31,952 nt of DNA from Cyclobacteriaceae bacterium (GCA_041745535.1 JBGTIS010000298.1:1-31952), one strand, 5' to 3'; positions 1 through 10,177 are shown, counted from the stretch's first letter. The notes: a model not told the origin generated them from the sequence alone. Translations and numbers: made by a program.

Positions 1-341
1 AGGAAAAATGGCAAACAAAACGGGGTGGGGTTGTTTTCATGGTTTCAAATTAGTGAAATGCTTTCAAAATAAAAACAGGCTTTAACCAGAAGGAAAATTA
101 GCACTTATTTGTAGGTAAAGTTTTCTTTAAGATAACACCAACCTCTGTAACGCTCTTCTTCACCAGGATGAATCCATCATACTTTTCAGTATTTCTCATT
201 TACTGAAAATCAAAGACTTGTCTGAGAAAAAATACCTTACTATGGGTATTTACTTGCTGGGAATAATATGGTATATTCATCTGAACATCGGTGAGGCTTG
301 GGAGTGATCATCTTCAATAGGTAACTTAAGCATCCTTAACC

Positions 342-2090
342 ATGAAAACCTGTTACTTCATTATTCTCGCACTAATTTTTTTCCTGTTTTCCTGTCATCC
401 ACAGCAAAAATCAGAAGATTTACAGGCCCCTTTATTTGATAACCTGGGCAATCATAGCCTTACCATAACTACCAGTTCTGAACTGGCACAACGCCTGTTC
501 GATCAGGGCCTGAATTTGGCCTATGGATTTAATCACAGTGAGGCCGCCCGTGCCTTCCGGGAAGCCGCCCGGCAGGATACCACCTGTGCCATGTGTTACT
601 GGGGAGTTGCCTATGTGTTAGGGCCTAATTACAACGCAGGCATGGAAGATGAAAATAAGGCAGAGGCGGTTGCTTCCATAAAAAAGGCACAACAACATAC
701 TGCACCTGTTTCTGAATGGGAAAAAGCTCTTGTTGATGCGATGGCAGCCCGTTACCACTACGAAAAAACTGAAGAGCGGCCTGTACTCGATCAGGATTAT
801 GCCAACACCATGCGCAAAGTGTATATCCAATATCCGGATAATGATGATATTGGGACCTTGTTTGCTGAGTCTTTGATGGATACTCATCCCTGGGATTTAT
901 ATACCCAAGATAGGCAGCCCAAGGCCTGGACGCCGGAAATTGTAGCTACTCTGGAAGCTATTCTGGCCCGTTCGCCCCGGCATCCGGGTGCCAATCATAT
1001 GCTGATTCATGCGGTAGAAGCCTCCAGTAATCCGGGCCAGGGAACGAAAAGCGCCGATCGGTTAACCACGCTGGTTCCCGGATCAGGCCATCTGGTGCAC
1101 ATGCCTTCGCACATTTATATCCGTACCGGGCGCTACCACGAAGGATCGGTAATTAATGAAAAAGCGATTTTGGCCGATAGTATATATATTGCCAATTGCA
1201 ATGCGCAAGGGGTATATCCATTGTTATATTTCCCTCACAATATCCATTTTCTGGCTGCCTGTGCCGCGCTGGAAGGAAGGGGCGAGGTAGCCACCAACGC
1301 AGCTTTTGAGGTAGCTGCCCATGTAGATACCAGTTTAATACGCGAGCCGGGTTATGAGGCTGCCTTACAGCATTACCTGATTATTCCGTATTATCTGATG
1401 GCTAAGTTTGGGCAGTGGGACAAAATTTTAACCCTACCCGCTCCCGACGATGATCTGTTGTATCCAACTGCTATCTGGCATTATGTAAGAGGCATGGCCT
1501 ATGCCGGAAAAAACAATATGAAAAATGCTACCCGGGAGTTGGACAGTTTAAAAGAGATTTATAAAAACCCGATACTGGGGGAAATGTCTATCTGGGGGTT
1601 AAACACTGTAGACCATCTGGTAGGCATTGCTGAACTAATGCTGGAAGCCGCGCTGTTGAGAAAGCAGGAAGAGTACGATCAGGCTATTCAGCTGTTAAAA
1701 GAGGCAGTTGCCATAGAAGATGGATTAATTTATAACGAGCCACCCGACTGGTTTTTTTCTGTGCGCCATTCGTTAGGGGCAGCCTTGCTGCAGGCAGGGA
1801 AGTACCAGGAAGCTGAAAAAATATACAAGGAAGACCTGGAAAATTATCCGGAGAATGGTTGGGCACTGAAAGGCTTATACCTCAGTTTAGCTAATCAGAA
1901 CAAAACCCGGGAAGCAACACAGGTGAAAGAAAAACTGGACAAAGCCTGGCAGCATGCCGATATTGAACTGGCCTCTTCGGAGGTAAAGCCAATGGCATAT
2001 CAGCATATACAAATCAATCCGGTTTTAGATCGGTTTTTAGCTGGTAGAACGAACCTGCCCGTTTGTGGCTTACAAACCGGAAGACAATAG
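342..2090 (+). CDS. Putative TPR-repeat lipoprotein of unknown function
   Basis: 582-aa ORF. The N-terminus MKTCYFIILALIFFLFSC is a hydrophobic signal ending in Cys, which is lipobox-like. The C-terminal third contains TPR-like helical repeats (AYAGKNNMKNATREL..., LLQAGKYQEAEKIYKEDLENYPENGWALKGL). No catalytic motif was recognised. Confidence 0.6.
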   Translation: MKTCYFIILALIFFLFSCHPQQKSEDLQAPLFDNLGNHSLTITTSSELAQRLFDQGLNLAYGFNHSEAARAFREAARQDTTCAMCYWGVAYVLGPNYNAGMEDENKAEAVASIKKAQQHTAPVSEWEKALVDAMAARYHYEKTEERPVLDQDYANTMRKVYIQYPDNDDIGTLFAESLMDTHPWDLYTQDRQPKAWTPEIVATLEAILARSPRHPGANHMLIHAVEASSNPGQGTKSADRLTTLVPGSGHLVHMPSHIYIRTGRYHEGSVINEKAILADSIYIANCNAQGVYPLLYFPHNIHFLAACAALEGRGEVATNAAFEVAAHVDTSLIREPGYEAALQHYLIIPYYLMAKFGQWDKILTLPAPDDDLLYPTAIWHYVRGMAYAGKNNMKNATRELDSLKEIYKNPILGEMSIWGLNTVDHLVGIAELMLEAALLRKQEEYDQAIQLLKEAVAIEDGLIYNEPPDWFFSVRHSLGAALLQAGKYQEAEKIYKEDLENYPENGWALKGLYLSLANQNKTREATQVKEKLDKAWQHADIELASSEVKPMAYQHIQINPVLDRFLAGRTNLPVCGLQTGRQ

Positions 2091-2321
2091 GGGTGATTTA
2101 CCGGCAGGCTTTTTACTTTAAGAAAGTAGATTTCCTGGTTACAAATTATTGACCCTTGTACACAAATAATTAATTATCCGGTGAATAGTAACGATACGGT
2201 TACCAATATCAGTATTTGTTTTTGTTGATTCAGAAATTTATTAAACCACACAACTTTTCTATGAACTTTCAGCCATTTTTCAATCCAACTCTGTAGGTAG
2301 TTTTTTTAAATTCAAATTTTA

Positions 2322-4376
2322 ATGAGAAACCTGCTTTTTAACGTTGGTACAATTTATTTGAAAGTTACACCCAATGCTTGTGGCAGCAAATTGGTATTTT
2401 TATTTTCTATAGTAACCATCAGTCTTTTTTCGTCTTGCAATTATTTTAACACAAATTTACCTGTTCCTAAAGCTGAAAAAGGAAAGTTAGACCTGAGAAA
2501 CTGGGATTTTGAAAAAGATGGCAATATCAATCTGAATGGTGAGTGGGAGTTTTACGAGAATAAATTATTGTATTCCGAAAACTTTTCTTCGGCTTCACCG
2601 CCTTCGTTACCAGGTTGGATAACCGTACCCTCGGTGTGGAATAACAGGGGTATACAAACAGATAAAACCCATAGACTGGGTTATGCTACCTACCGGTTAG
2701 TGGTGCTAACCGATGAACACCAGAATAAGCTTGCCATTAAAATGCTGACAGCCTCCACAGCTATGGAAGTATACATAAACGGAGAATCTGTATACAAGCA
2801 AGGTAAGGTTGGGAAAAGCTGGGAAACAATGCAACCGCAGTACCTCCCAGGTGTGGCAACTTTTAATCCCCAGAATAAAATGATAGAAATTGTTATTCAT
2901 GTATCAAATTTCTATCACCGGAACGGCGGGCTTTGGGAAAGACTGAAACTGGGCACCGAAAAAAAGATTTACCGAGCCTGGTTCAATACCAATGGCCTGC
3001 ACTTATTTATTGTAGGATGTATTTTTATTGTTTGTACCTACCATTTGTTAAGCTTTAGAGCCGACCGTTCTTCTCTTTATTTCAGTATTTTTTGTTTTTT
3101 AATTATAATCAGAATTTTATCTACCGGCGAATGTCTGCTTGCACATCTTTCCTTGCTTTCCTGGTATTGGATTATCAAGCTGGATTACCTCAGTTTTTAT
3201 TTGGGAGCCATGGCTTTTCTCATCTTTTTCAGATCGGTTTTCCCTGGTTTATTTCCAAAAAAAATTGCTTCTTACAGTCTGATACCGTATGGCATAGCGG
3301 CTACCATAGTTATTTTTTTTCCTGCTAATGTGTTTACCCATACGACCATCCCTATACAGTTGCTTACCATACTGATGGCTGCTTATCTCCTGTACTTATT
3401 ATGCGTGGGTTATATCAGAAAAATGGAAAGTATCCTTTCCTTTCTGCTGGGTTTTGTCGCCATTTACGTTTCCTTTATCAACGATGTTTTATATGCCAAC
3501 GACCTGATTATGACGGGCTATTACAGTTCGGTTGGTATTATGTTTTTTATACTCACACAAAAATGGCAGCTCTCTAAACAGTTTTCCATAGCTTTTATTA
3601 ACCTGGAAAAAATGAATGAAACGCTGGTAGAAAAGAACAAACAAATTGAGGAGCAAAACGAAACGCTACAAAATCTGAATAAAGAGTTGGATTTATTTGC
3701 GCACCGGACCTCTCACGATTTGCGAGCGCCCATTGCCTCAGTGTTGGGTCTGATCGATCTTTCCAGGAATGAAAAAGACATAAGCCAGATAAAGAACTAC
3801 CTGAACCTGAAGGAAAAAGCGCTAAAAAAGCTTGATAGTTTTATTGGAGATATGCTATTTTACTCGAGGAACTCTAGAACCAGCCTTGAACTGAACGAGA
3901 TCGACTTCGATAAAATGGTGCATGAAACACTAAATATGTATACCCACTACAATAATTTCGACAGAATCAAAAAACATATAGATATTAGTCAGCAGGATGT
4001 TTTCGTGAGCGACGAAAAGCGATTGTCTGTGATTTTTAATAACCTGATTTCCAATGCCATCCGCTACAGCAATCCATATATAGAAAGCCCTTTTCTGCGA
4101 ATAAAAATAATAGTGGATACCAAAATGGTCAAAATTGAAATAAAGGACAATGGCGTAGGTATCGAACAGAAGCATGTAGATAAAATCTTCGATATTTTTT
4201 TTCGGGCCAACCAGCATTCGAGTGGCTCAGGCCTGGGGCTGTTTCTGGTAAAAGAAACGGTAGGCAAACTGTCTGGTTCCATCAGCGTTTCCTCAAAAGT
4301 AAACGAGGGCTCCTGTTTTTGCGTTACTCTGCCCAATATGAAAAAACTTCAGCCTACAGAATCCTCTGTTTACTGA
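2322..4376 (+). CDS. Sensor histidine kinase with N-terminal 7TMR-DISM-type extracellular and 7TM domains
   Basis: The N-terminal periplasmic region carries an LNGEWEFY motif typical of 7TMR-DISM extracellular domains. A block of about seven hydrophobic helices spans residues ~230-410, followed by a coiled coil. The H-box is FAHRTSHDLRAPIASVLGLIDL, and the HATPase N/G boxes are ISNAIRYS, DNGVGI and GSGLGLFLV. Confidence 0.8.
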   Translation: MRNLLFNVGTIYLKVTPNACGSKLVFLFSIVTISLFSSCNYFNTNLPVPKAEKGKLDLRNWDFEKDGNINLNGEWEFYENKLLYSENFSSASPPSLPGWITVPSVWNNRGIQTDKTHRLGYATYRLVVLTDEHQNKLAIKMLTASTAMEVYINGESVYKQGKVGKSWETMQPQYLPGVATFNPQNKMIEIVIHVSNFYHRNGGLWERLKLGTEKKIYRAWFNTNGLHLFIVGCIFIVCTYHLLSFRADRSSLYFSIFCFLIIIRILSTGECLLAHLSLLSWYWIIKLDYLSFYLGAMAFLIFFRSVFPGLFPKKIASYSLIPYGIAATIVIFFPANVFTHTTIPIQLLTILMAAYLLYLLCVGYIRKMESILSFLLGFVAIYVSFINDVLYANDLIMTGYYSSVGIMFFILTQKWQLSKQFSIAFINLEKMNETLVEKNKQIEEQNETLQNLNKELDLFAHRTSHDLRAPIASVLGLIDLSRNEKDISQIKNYLNLKEKALKKLDSFIGDMLFYSRNSRTSLELNEIDFDKMVHETLNMYTHYNNFDRIKKHIDISQQDVFVSDEKRLSVIFNNLISNAIRYSNPYIESPFLRIKIIVDTKMVKIEIKDNGVGIEQKHVDKIFDIFFRANQHSSGSGLGLFLVKETVGKLSGSISVSSKVNEGSCFCVTLPNMKKLQPTESSVY

Positions 4377-5248
4377 TCCATGGGAATAGGTGGAAGCCGG
4401 TAAATGATATCCGCGTTCTCGTGAAAAAATTTACTCCGTTCCAAATGAGAGTAACCTTTTACAACTTCTTGTACTAGCTGAAACCATTGCTGGTACGTAG
4501 CGGCCAGTCGTAAAACCGGCCAGTCGCTGCCATACATTACCCGACTAAACCCAAAGCACTCGATCACGTGGTTGATATAGGGAGCCACATCTTCGGCTTT
4601 CCAGTTTTTATGATCAGCTTCGGTAACCACGCCTGATATTTTGCAACTGATATTGGGCAGGGCAGCCAGTTCTTTTATGTGTTTTCGCCACGATTCAAGC
4701 TGATTGTCCACAATATCGGGTTTTCCAATGTGGTCTAACACAAACTTAACATCGGGGCATTGTTTTACCAGTTCGGTAATGGCTGGCAACTGATGATGCC
4801 TTACACACACATCGAAGGTATAGTCGTATTGTTTTAGTAAACGAATGCCTTCAATAAAATTTTTCTGTAAACAAAAATCCGGTGCCTCATCCTGCAAGAG
4901 TCTGCGTACGCCCCGCACAAGTGGTTGGGTACCCAGCCAGGCCAGGTGCTCAGCCACATCTTTTCCTTTTTCCAATGAAGCATGGGCAATCATTCCCTGT
5001 ATTTTGAAATGGTCTTCTGCCAGCGTATGCACCCAGTTTACTTCCTGCTGGCTGATGCTGTCGTCCATAGCGCTGGTACATTCCACGAACAGAATCTTCC
5101 CGATATTGAGTCCTTCAGTTTCCTGGGCGTAATCCTGAAATAAAAAATTTTTATTAATTTGTGGCGTATTATGCAGCCAGGAGTACTCAATATGTTCAAT
5201 ATTCCAGAGATGTACGTGGGTGTCTATAACAGGAATGTGGTTATCCAT
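4370..5248 (-). CDS. Amidohydrolase-2 family metal-dependent (TIM-barrel) hydrolase
   Basis: 292-aa ORF with the N-terminal metal-binding motif IDTHVHLW and the later HIG and D-W motifs typical of PF04909-like amidohydrolases. It converges on the histidine kinase and overlaps its 3' end by 7 bp. Confidence 0.7.
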   Translation of the reverse strand: MDNHIPVIDTHVHLWNIEHIEYSWLHNTPQINKNFLFQDYAQETEGLNIGKILFVECTSAMDDSISQQEVNWVHTLAEDHFKIQGMIAHASLEKGKDVAEHLAWLGTQPLVRGVRRLLQDEAPDFCLQKNFIEGIRLLKQYDYTFDVCVRHHQLPAITELVKQCPDVKFVLDHIGKPDIVDNQLESWRKHIKELAALPNISCKISGVVTEADHKNWKAEDVAPYINHVIECFGFSRVMYGSDWPVLRLAATYQQWFQLVQEVVKGYSHLERSKFFHENADIIYRLPPIPMDQ

Positions 5249-5537
5249 AATTAACTTAATTTTTATTTAATACAATTCGTCACAAAACAGGCAACGGTAT
5301 CTGCTCACACTAAATCTTAAAAGCGAAGAAATGTTTAATGCGATTTCATTTAAATTTTCCTGCTACAATTATATTACTTCAGCCTATTTAATAAAAAGCG
5401 ATTGGTTATAAATTTTATCCTGTACCGGGCAATTCGTAGCGTTACTACTGATCTGAAAGTGGTCTTTATCCAATAAATTGCACGTAAAACTGGTTTTCTG
5501 TTATAACTTTATATTTTGTCAAAAAATAATAAATTCT

Positions 5538-6101
5538 ATGCCTGATAAAATCCGATGTTCCTGGTGTTTGAAAGACCAGCTTTATATGGATTACCACGAT
5601 AACGAATGGGGTGTGCCTGTGCATAACGACCGGCAGTTATTCGAACTGCTGATTCTGGAAGGAGCACAGGCCGGGCTTAGCTGGCATACGGTGTTAAAGA
5701 AACGGGAAAATTACCGACAGGCTTTTGATAATTTCGATCCGAAAAAAATAGTGAACTATGACGAAGATAAAATTCAGTCCCTATTACTGAATCCCGGTAT
5801 TATCAGAAATCAGTTGAAAATCCGGTCGGTAGTAACCAATGCGAAAGCTTTCTTAAAAATTCAGGAAACTTTTGATAGCTTCGACTATTACATCTGGCAA
5901 TATACCAATCACGAGCCTATTATCAACTATCCGGAAACGTTAAAAGATGTACCGGCCACTTCCCCTATTTCCGATGCCATGAGCAAAGATTTGCTGCAAC
6001 GGGGATTTAAATTTGTCGGTTCCACCATTTGTTATGCCTTTATGCAGGCCACAGGCATGGTAAACGACCATTTTACTACCTGCTGGAAAAAGACGGGTTG
6101 A
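5538..6101 (+). CDS. tag: DNA-3-methyladenine glycosylase I (Tag)
   Basis: Very strong similarity to E. coli Tag can be read directly from the translation (YHDNEWGVP, LFELL.LEG.QAGLSW..VLKKRENYR.AF, GFKFVGSTICYAFMQA.G.VNDH). The zinc ligands are present: the N-terminal RCSWC pair and the C-terminal H-x3-C. The internal Met at 5538 was chosen as start because the 20 codons upstream (from 5478) do not resemble Tag. Confidence 0.85.
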   Translation: MPDKIRCSWCLKDQLYMDYHDNEWGVPVHNDRQLFELLILEGAQAGLSWHTVLKKRENYRQAFDNFDPKKIVNYDEDKIQSLLLNPGIIRNQLKIRSVVTNAKAFLKIQETFDSFDYYIWQYTNHEPIINYPETLKDVPATSPISDAMSKDLLQRGFKFVGSTICYAFMQATGMVNDHFTTCWKKTG

Positions 6102-6243
6102 ACAACAGCTATTCGGTATATGCGAATGTTTTATAGGGTAATTAATTTAATTCCCAATAATTATCTACTACCTTCGCAGCAAAATAAAATTGTTAAATCC
6201 ACAAGAAAACAATCTTTTCTAACCTTTAACTGTATTCTATTAC

Positions 6244-9057
6244 ATGCCTAAGGACAATAGCATAAAATCTATACTGATCATAGGGAGTGGTCCCATCATT
6301 ATCGGACAGGCTTGCGAATTTGATTATTCAGGCTCACAGGCGGCCAAATCATTGCGGGAAGAAGGCATTGAGGTTACCCTCATCAATTCTAATCCGGCAA
6401 CTATTATGACCGACCCTGTGATGGCCGACCATATTTATCTGCGGCCGCTGGAAAAAAAGTATATTATTGAAATACTGGAGAAACATAAAATAGATGCCGT
6501 TTTACCCACCATGGGTGGACAAACCGCGCTTAATCTGGCTATTGATTGCGAACAGGCAGGTATTTGGAAAAAATATGGTGTACGCATTATTGGGGTAGAC
6601 ATCAATGCCATAGAAACTACCGAAGACCGGGAAAAATTCAGGCTGCTGATGAAGAAGTTAAACATCAATGTGTGTGAAGGGCGTACCGCTACCTCTTTTT
6701 TATTAGGGAAAGAAATAGCCCAGGAAATAGGCTTTCCCCTGGTAATCAGACCATCTTATACCCTAGGTGGTACCGGAGGTGGCTTTGTGGAAAAACCTGA
6801 GAATTTCGACAAAGCCCTGAACAATGGCTTACATGCTTCTCCCATTCACGAAGTTCTGATAGAACAAAGCATTATGGGCTGGAAAGAATATGAGCTGGAA
6901 TTGCTGAGAGATAACATTGGCAATGTCATTATTATCTGTTCGATAGAGAATTTTGACCCTATGGGCGTACATACCGGAGATTCTATCACCGTTGCTCCAG
7001 CCATGACCTTACCCGACACAGTATACCAGGAAATGCGCGATCTGGCGATCAGAATGATGAATGGAATCGGACAATTTGCCGGAGGCTGTAACGTACAGTT
7101 TGCCGTTAATCCGGAAGACGATTCTATCATTGCCATAGAAATTAATCCACGGGTATCTCGGTCATCTGCCCTGGCATCGAAAGCTACCGGATATCCCATT
7201 GCCAAAGTAGCCGCCAAATTAGCCATTGGCTATAATTTGGATGAGCTTAAAAACCAGATTACTGAAACCACGCCCGCCTTCTTTGAGCCTGCGCTGGACT
7301 ATGTAATTGTAAAAATTCCGCGCTGGAACTTCGAGAAATTCCAGGGCGCCGATCCGCTGTTGGGCTTGCAGATGAAAGCCGTAGGAGAAGTGATGGGCAT
7401 TGGCCGCACCTTTCAGGAAGCCCTGCAAAAAGCCTGTCAGTCGCTGGAAATTAAGCGAAATGGTCTGGGTGCTGATGGCAAAGAAGTAACCGATCAGGAA
7501 AAAATACTGTACAGCCTGGAACACCCCAGTTGGGACCGGTTATTCCATATTTACGATGCCTTTAAACTGGGCATATCTTTCTCAACCATTGAGCGGCTCA
7601 CCAAAATAGACAAGTGGTTTTTGCGGCAAATCGAAGATCTGGTTGATTTTGAGGACGACCTTGAGAAATTTACCCTGGATACCATTCCAAAGGACATGCT
7701 GCGCACAGCCAAAACAAAAGGTTATGCCGACCGGCAGATTGCCCATCTGTTGCGTTGCCTGGAAAGTCAGGTGTATAATAAAAGGATGGAAATGAACATC
7801 CACCGGGTGTACAAAGTGGTAGATACCTGTGCGGCTGAATTTGAAGCAAAAACACCTTATTTTTATTCTACTTTTCAGGAAGAAAACGAATCGGTGGTTA
7901 CCGACAAGAAAAAAGTAGTAGTACTGGGATCGGGCCCGAACCGCATTGGGCAGGGTATCGAATTTGACTATTCCTGCGTGCATGGGGTGCTGGCTGCCAA
8001 AGAATGTGGTTACGAAACCATCATGATTAACTGCAACCCCGAAACCGTTTCCACTGATTTTGACATTGCCGACAAGCTGTATTTTGAGCCCGTGTTCTGG
8101 GAACATATCTACGACATTATTCTGCACGAAAAGCCGGTAGGAGTAATTGTACAGTTGGGCGGACAAACCGCGCTGAAACTGGCTGAAAAACTGAACCGCT
8201 ATGGCATAAAAATTCTGGGTACCAGTTTTGAAGCACTGGACTTGGCAGAAGATCGCGGTAGTTTTTCTAACTTACTGAAAGAAAATGATATTCCTTATCC
8301 AGAGTTTGGTGTGATTGAGGATGCGGAATCGGCCCTGGAATTATCGCATACCATCGGATTTCCACTGCTGGTGCGCCCTTCGTATGTATTGGGTGGGCAA
8401 AGCATGAAAATTGTGATCAATGAGAAGGAACTGGAATCGCATGTGGTGCATATTTTACAAGATATGCCTGACAATAAAATTCTGCTCGACCATTTTCTGG
8501 ATGGCGCCATTGAAGCTGAAGCGGATGCCATTTGCGATGGGGAGCAGGTGTATATTATTGGCATTATGCAGCACATTGAGCCAGCCGGTATCCACTCAGG
8601 CGATTCCTATGCCGTACTGCCTCCCTACAATCTGGGCGACTTTGTGATGCGGCAAATTGAAATGTATACCAAAAAAATTGCCCTGGCGCTGAGAACCGTC
8701 GGGCTCATTAACATACAGTTTGCCATTAAAGACGATAAGGTTTATATTATAGAAGCGAATCCACGGGCTTCCCGTACCGTACCTTTTATTTGCAAGGCGT
8801 ATGGCGAACCTTATGTGAATTATGCTACCAAAGTAATGCTGGGAGAAAAGAAAGTAAGCGACTTTACCTTCAAGCCTAACAAAAAAGGATATGCCATTAA
8901 GGTGCCTGTATTCTCATTCAATAAATTCCCGAATGTAAATAAAGAATTAGGCCCGGAAATGAAATCAACCGGCGAAGCCATATACTTTATTGATGATTTA
9001 ATGGACGATTATTTTCTGGAAATTTACCGAGAACGAAACTTATATCTGAGTAGATAA
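6244..9057 (+). CDS. carB: Carbamoyl-phosphate synthase large subunit, short form lacking the C-terminal MGS-like allosteric domain
   Basis: 937-aa protein with duplicated ATP-grasp halves (IIGSGPIIIGQACEFDYSGSQA and VLGSGPNRIGQGIEFDYSCVHG), the oligomerisation domain, and the NPRASRTVPF and GPEMKSTGE motifs near the C-terminus. It ends about 35 aa after STGE, where E. coli CarB continues with a ~135-aa MGS-like domain. Confidence 0.9.
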   Translation: MPKDNSIKSILIIGSGPIIIGQACEFDYSGSQAAKSLREEGIEVTLINSNPATIMTDPVMADHIYLRPLEKKYIIEILEKHKIDAVLPTMGGQTALNLAIDCEQAGIWKKYGVRIIGVDINAIETTEDREKFRLLMKKLNINVCEGRTATSFLLGKEIAQEIGFPLVIRPSYTLGGTGGGFVEKPENFDKALNNGLHASPIHEVLIEQSIMGWKEYELELLRDNIGNVIIICSIENFDPMGVHTGDSITVAPAMTLPDTVYQEMRDLAIRMMNGIGQFAGGCNVQFAVNPEDDSIIAIEINPRVSRSSALASKATGYPIAKVAAKLAIGYNLDELKNQITETTPAFFEPALDYVIVKIPRWNFEKFQGADPLLGLQMKAVGEVMGIGRTFQEALQKACQSLEIKRNGLGADGKEVTDQEKILYSLEHPSWDRLFHIYDAFKLGISFSTIERLTKIDKWFLRQIEDLVDFEDDLEKFTLDTIPKDMLRTAKTKGYADRQIAHLLRCLESQVYNKRMEMNIHRVYKVVDTCAAEFEAKTPYFYSTFQEENESVVTDKKKVVVLGSGPNRIGQGIEFDYSCVHGVLAAKECGYETIMINCNPETVSTDFDIADKLYFEPVFWEHIYDIILHEKPVGVIVQLGGQTALKLAEKLNRYGIKILGTSFEALDLAEDRGSFSNLLKENDIPYPEFGVIEDAESALELSHTIGFPLLVRPSYVLGGQSMKIVINEKELESHVVHILQDMPDNKILLDHFLDGAIEAEADAICDGEQVYIIGIMQHIEPAGIHSGDSYAVLPPYNLGDFVMRQIEMYTKKIALALRTVGLINIQFAIKDDKVYIIEANPRASRTVPFICKAYGEPYVNYATKVMLGEKKVSDFTFKPNKKGYAIKVPVFSFNKFPNVNKELGPEMKSTGEAIYFIDDLMDDYFLEIYRERNLYLSR

Positions 9058-9088
9058 GTTTAGTATAGTAAAAACAAATTTTTCGAAG

Positions 9089-9373
9089 ATGTCACTAAAG
9101 TTATTAATCATATTATTCCTTGTTGGTTTTATAGTTTATAAAGCAGGCCGGTTTTTATATAAAATACTTTATTTTCTGGCAGGAGGAAGACCTCCTTATT
9201 CCCAGCAGACCTTCAATGGAAAAAACTATCGTAATGGAACGGCCAACGGCCAACCCGATAAACGCCGGGCGCCAAACAGCAATCTGAATATTGAATATAT
9301 TCCTGATGATAAAAATAAAGATAAAAAAGATTTTAGAGGCGGGGAATATGTCGATTATGAAGAAGTAAAATAA
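9089..9373 (+). CDS. Small membrane-anchored protein, DUF4834-like
   Basis: 94 aa. An N-terminal TM helix (LKLLIILFLVGFIVYKAG) is followed by a polar, low-complexity tail ending in the GGEYVDYEEV motif, which I recall as characteristic of the Bacteroidota DUF4834 family. The assignment is from memory, not from a search. Confidence 0.5.
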   Translation: MSLKLLIILFLVGFIVYKAGRFLYKILYFLAGGRPPYSQQTFNGKNYRNGTANGQPDKRRAPNSNLNIEYIPDDKNKDKKDFRGGEYVDYEEVK

Positions 9374-9394
9374 TTTATAGAAAACTTATTTTAT

Positions 9395-10141
9395 ATGAGA
9401 GAAGATGAAGTTGAAGAGTATTTAGAAAGTGTATCCATGGATATAACATTTCTGGAAGAAAAATTACAAAATGATATTCAAAATCCAGCGATAACGTCAT
9501 TATCGAAACCAAAAGTTGCTTCTTCGCTTGAAAATTTAAGAAGATGTTTGGATTATATAACTAAAGATGTTTTTGAAATTGTAATCCTACCTTCACTTAC
9601 TAACTTTCCAGAGGAAAAAAGAGAAAAATTAAGAAAAAATTCAAAATTTCCATATGGAAAAGACCTGTCTCAATTTACAAGTATGCTTAATAGCTCATTG
9701 CCTGATCTTGAAAATTTAGACCAGGATGTTTTTATGGAATTTAAATCAATTCAACTTTTCGAAAATAAACAGAGTACAGTTTATGATTTATGTAGTCGGA
9801 CAAATACTTTAAAACATGATCATTCAAACCAAATTAAACAGGAACTAAATGATGGTCTGATCGTTGAAGATAGTTTTTATATAAAAAACTCTTCTGATAT
9901 ACTTTTTGTTGATTGTTCAATTGAGGATAAAAAAATTGACTATTTAAGAATTAATGATTCTGATACTTGTGACGTAGAATTAATTGCCAACTTACCACTT
10001 GAATTGAGAAGTATTAATCATAGAACCACATTTTGTTTTAAAGACTCAAAAATAGATGTGCTAAACTTAATTACACATAGCCTTATTATTATTTTAAAAT
10101 TCAAAGAAAAGATTTACTATTTACTTCAAAAAAATATATAA
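9395..10141 (+). CDS. Hypothetical protein, AT-rich orphan gene
   Basis: 248-aa ORF, clearly more AT-rich (~30% GC by eye) than its flanks. It starts 21 nt after the previous gene and ends in a strong hairpin terminator. No domain was recognised. Residues ~135-141 form R-x5-H (SRTNTLKH), which fits the HEPN Rx4-6H pattern but is not diagnostic. Confidence 0.5.
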   Translation: MREDEVEEYLESVSMDITFLEEKLQNDIQNPAITSLSKPKVASSLENLRRCLDYITKDVFEIVILPSLTNFPEEKREKLRKNSKFPYGKDLSQFTSMLNSSLPDLENLDQDVFMEFKSIQLFENKQSTVYDLCSRTNTLKHDHSNQIKQELNDGLIVEDSFYIKNSSDILFVDCSIEDKKIDYLRINDSDTCDVELIANLPLELRSINHRTTFCFKDSKIDVLNLITHSLIIILKFKEKIYYLLQKNI

Positions 10142-10177
10142 AAAAAGCAAACCAATAGCATGGTTTGCTTTTTTTAT
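10141..10177. terminator. Rho-independent, potentially bidirectional terminator hairpin
   Basis: The sequence is AAAAAA-GCAAACCA-atagca-TGGTTTGC-TTTTTTT: an 8-bp perfect stem with a 6-nt loop, an A-run upstream and a T-run downstream. It lies immediately after the stop codon of the 9395-10141 gene. Confidence 0.6.

Noticed and set aside
36-60. tRNA-like T-loop resemblance (GGTTTCAAAT) near the window start
   Set aside because: It does not match the GGTTCRAATCC consensus. There is no acceptor-stem complementarity and no cloverleaf can be drawn. No tRNA, rRNA or CRISPR repeat arrays were seen anywhere in the window.
2091-2321. Possible terminator after the TPR gene (ACCGGCAGGCTTTTT)
   Set aside because: I could not find a complementary upstream arm to form a stable stem. 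A T-run alone is insufficient.
5478-5537. The upstream Met (5478) was considered as the tag start codon
   Set aside because: The 20 extra residues (MHVKLVFCYNFIFCQKIINS) have no counterpart in Tag proteins. The Tag family starts at the M-x-x-x-RC(S/G)W motif, which here begins at 5538.
7582-8166. 194-aa minus-strand ORF (and several smaller ones) within carB
   Set aside because: They lie inside an unambiguous carB coding region, so they are spurious antisense frames.
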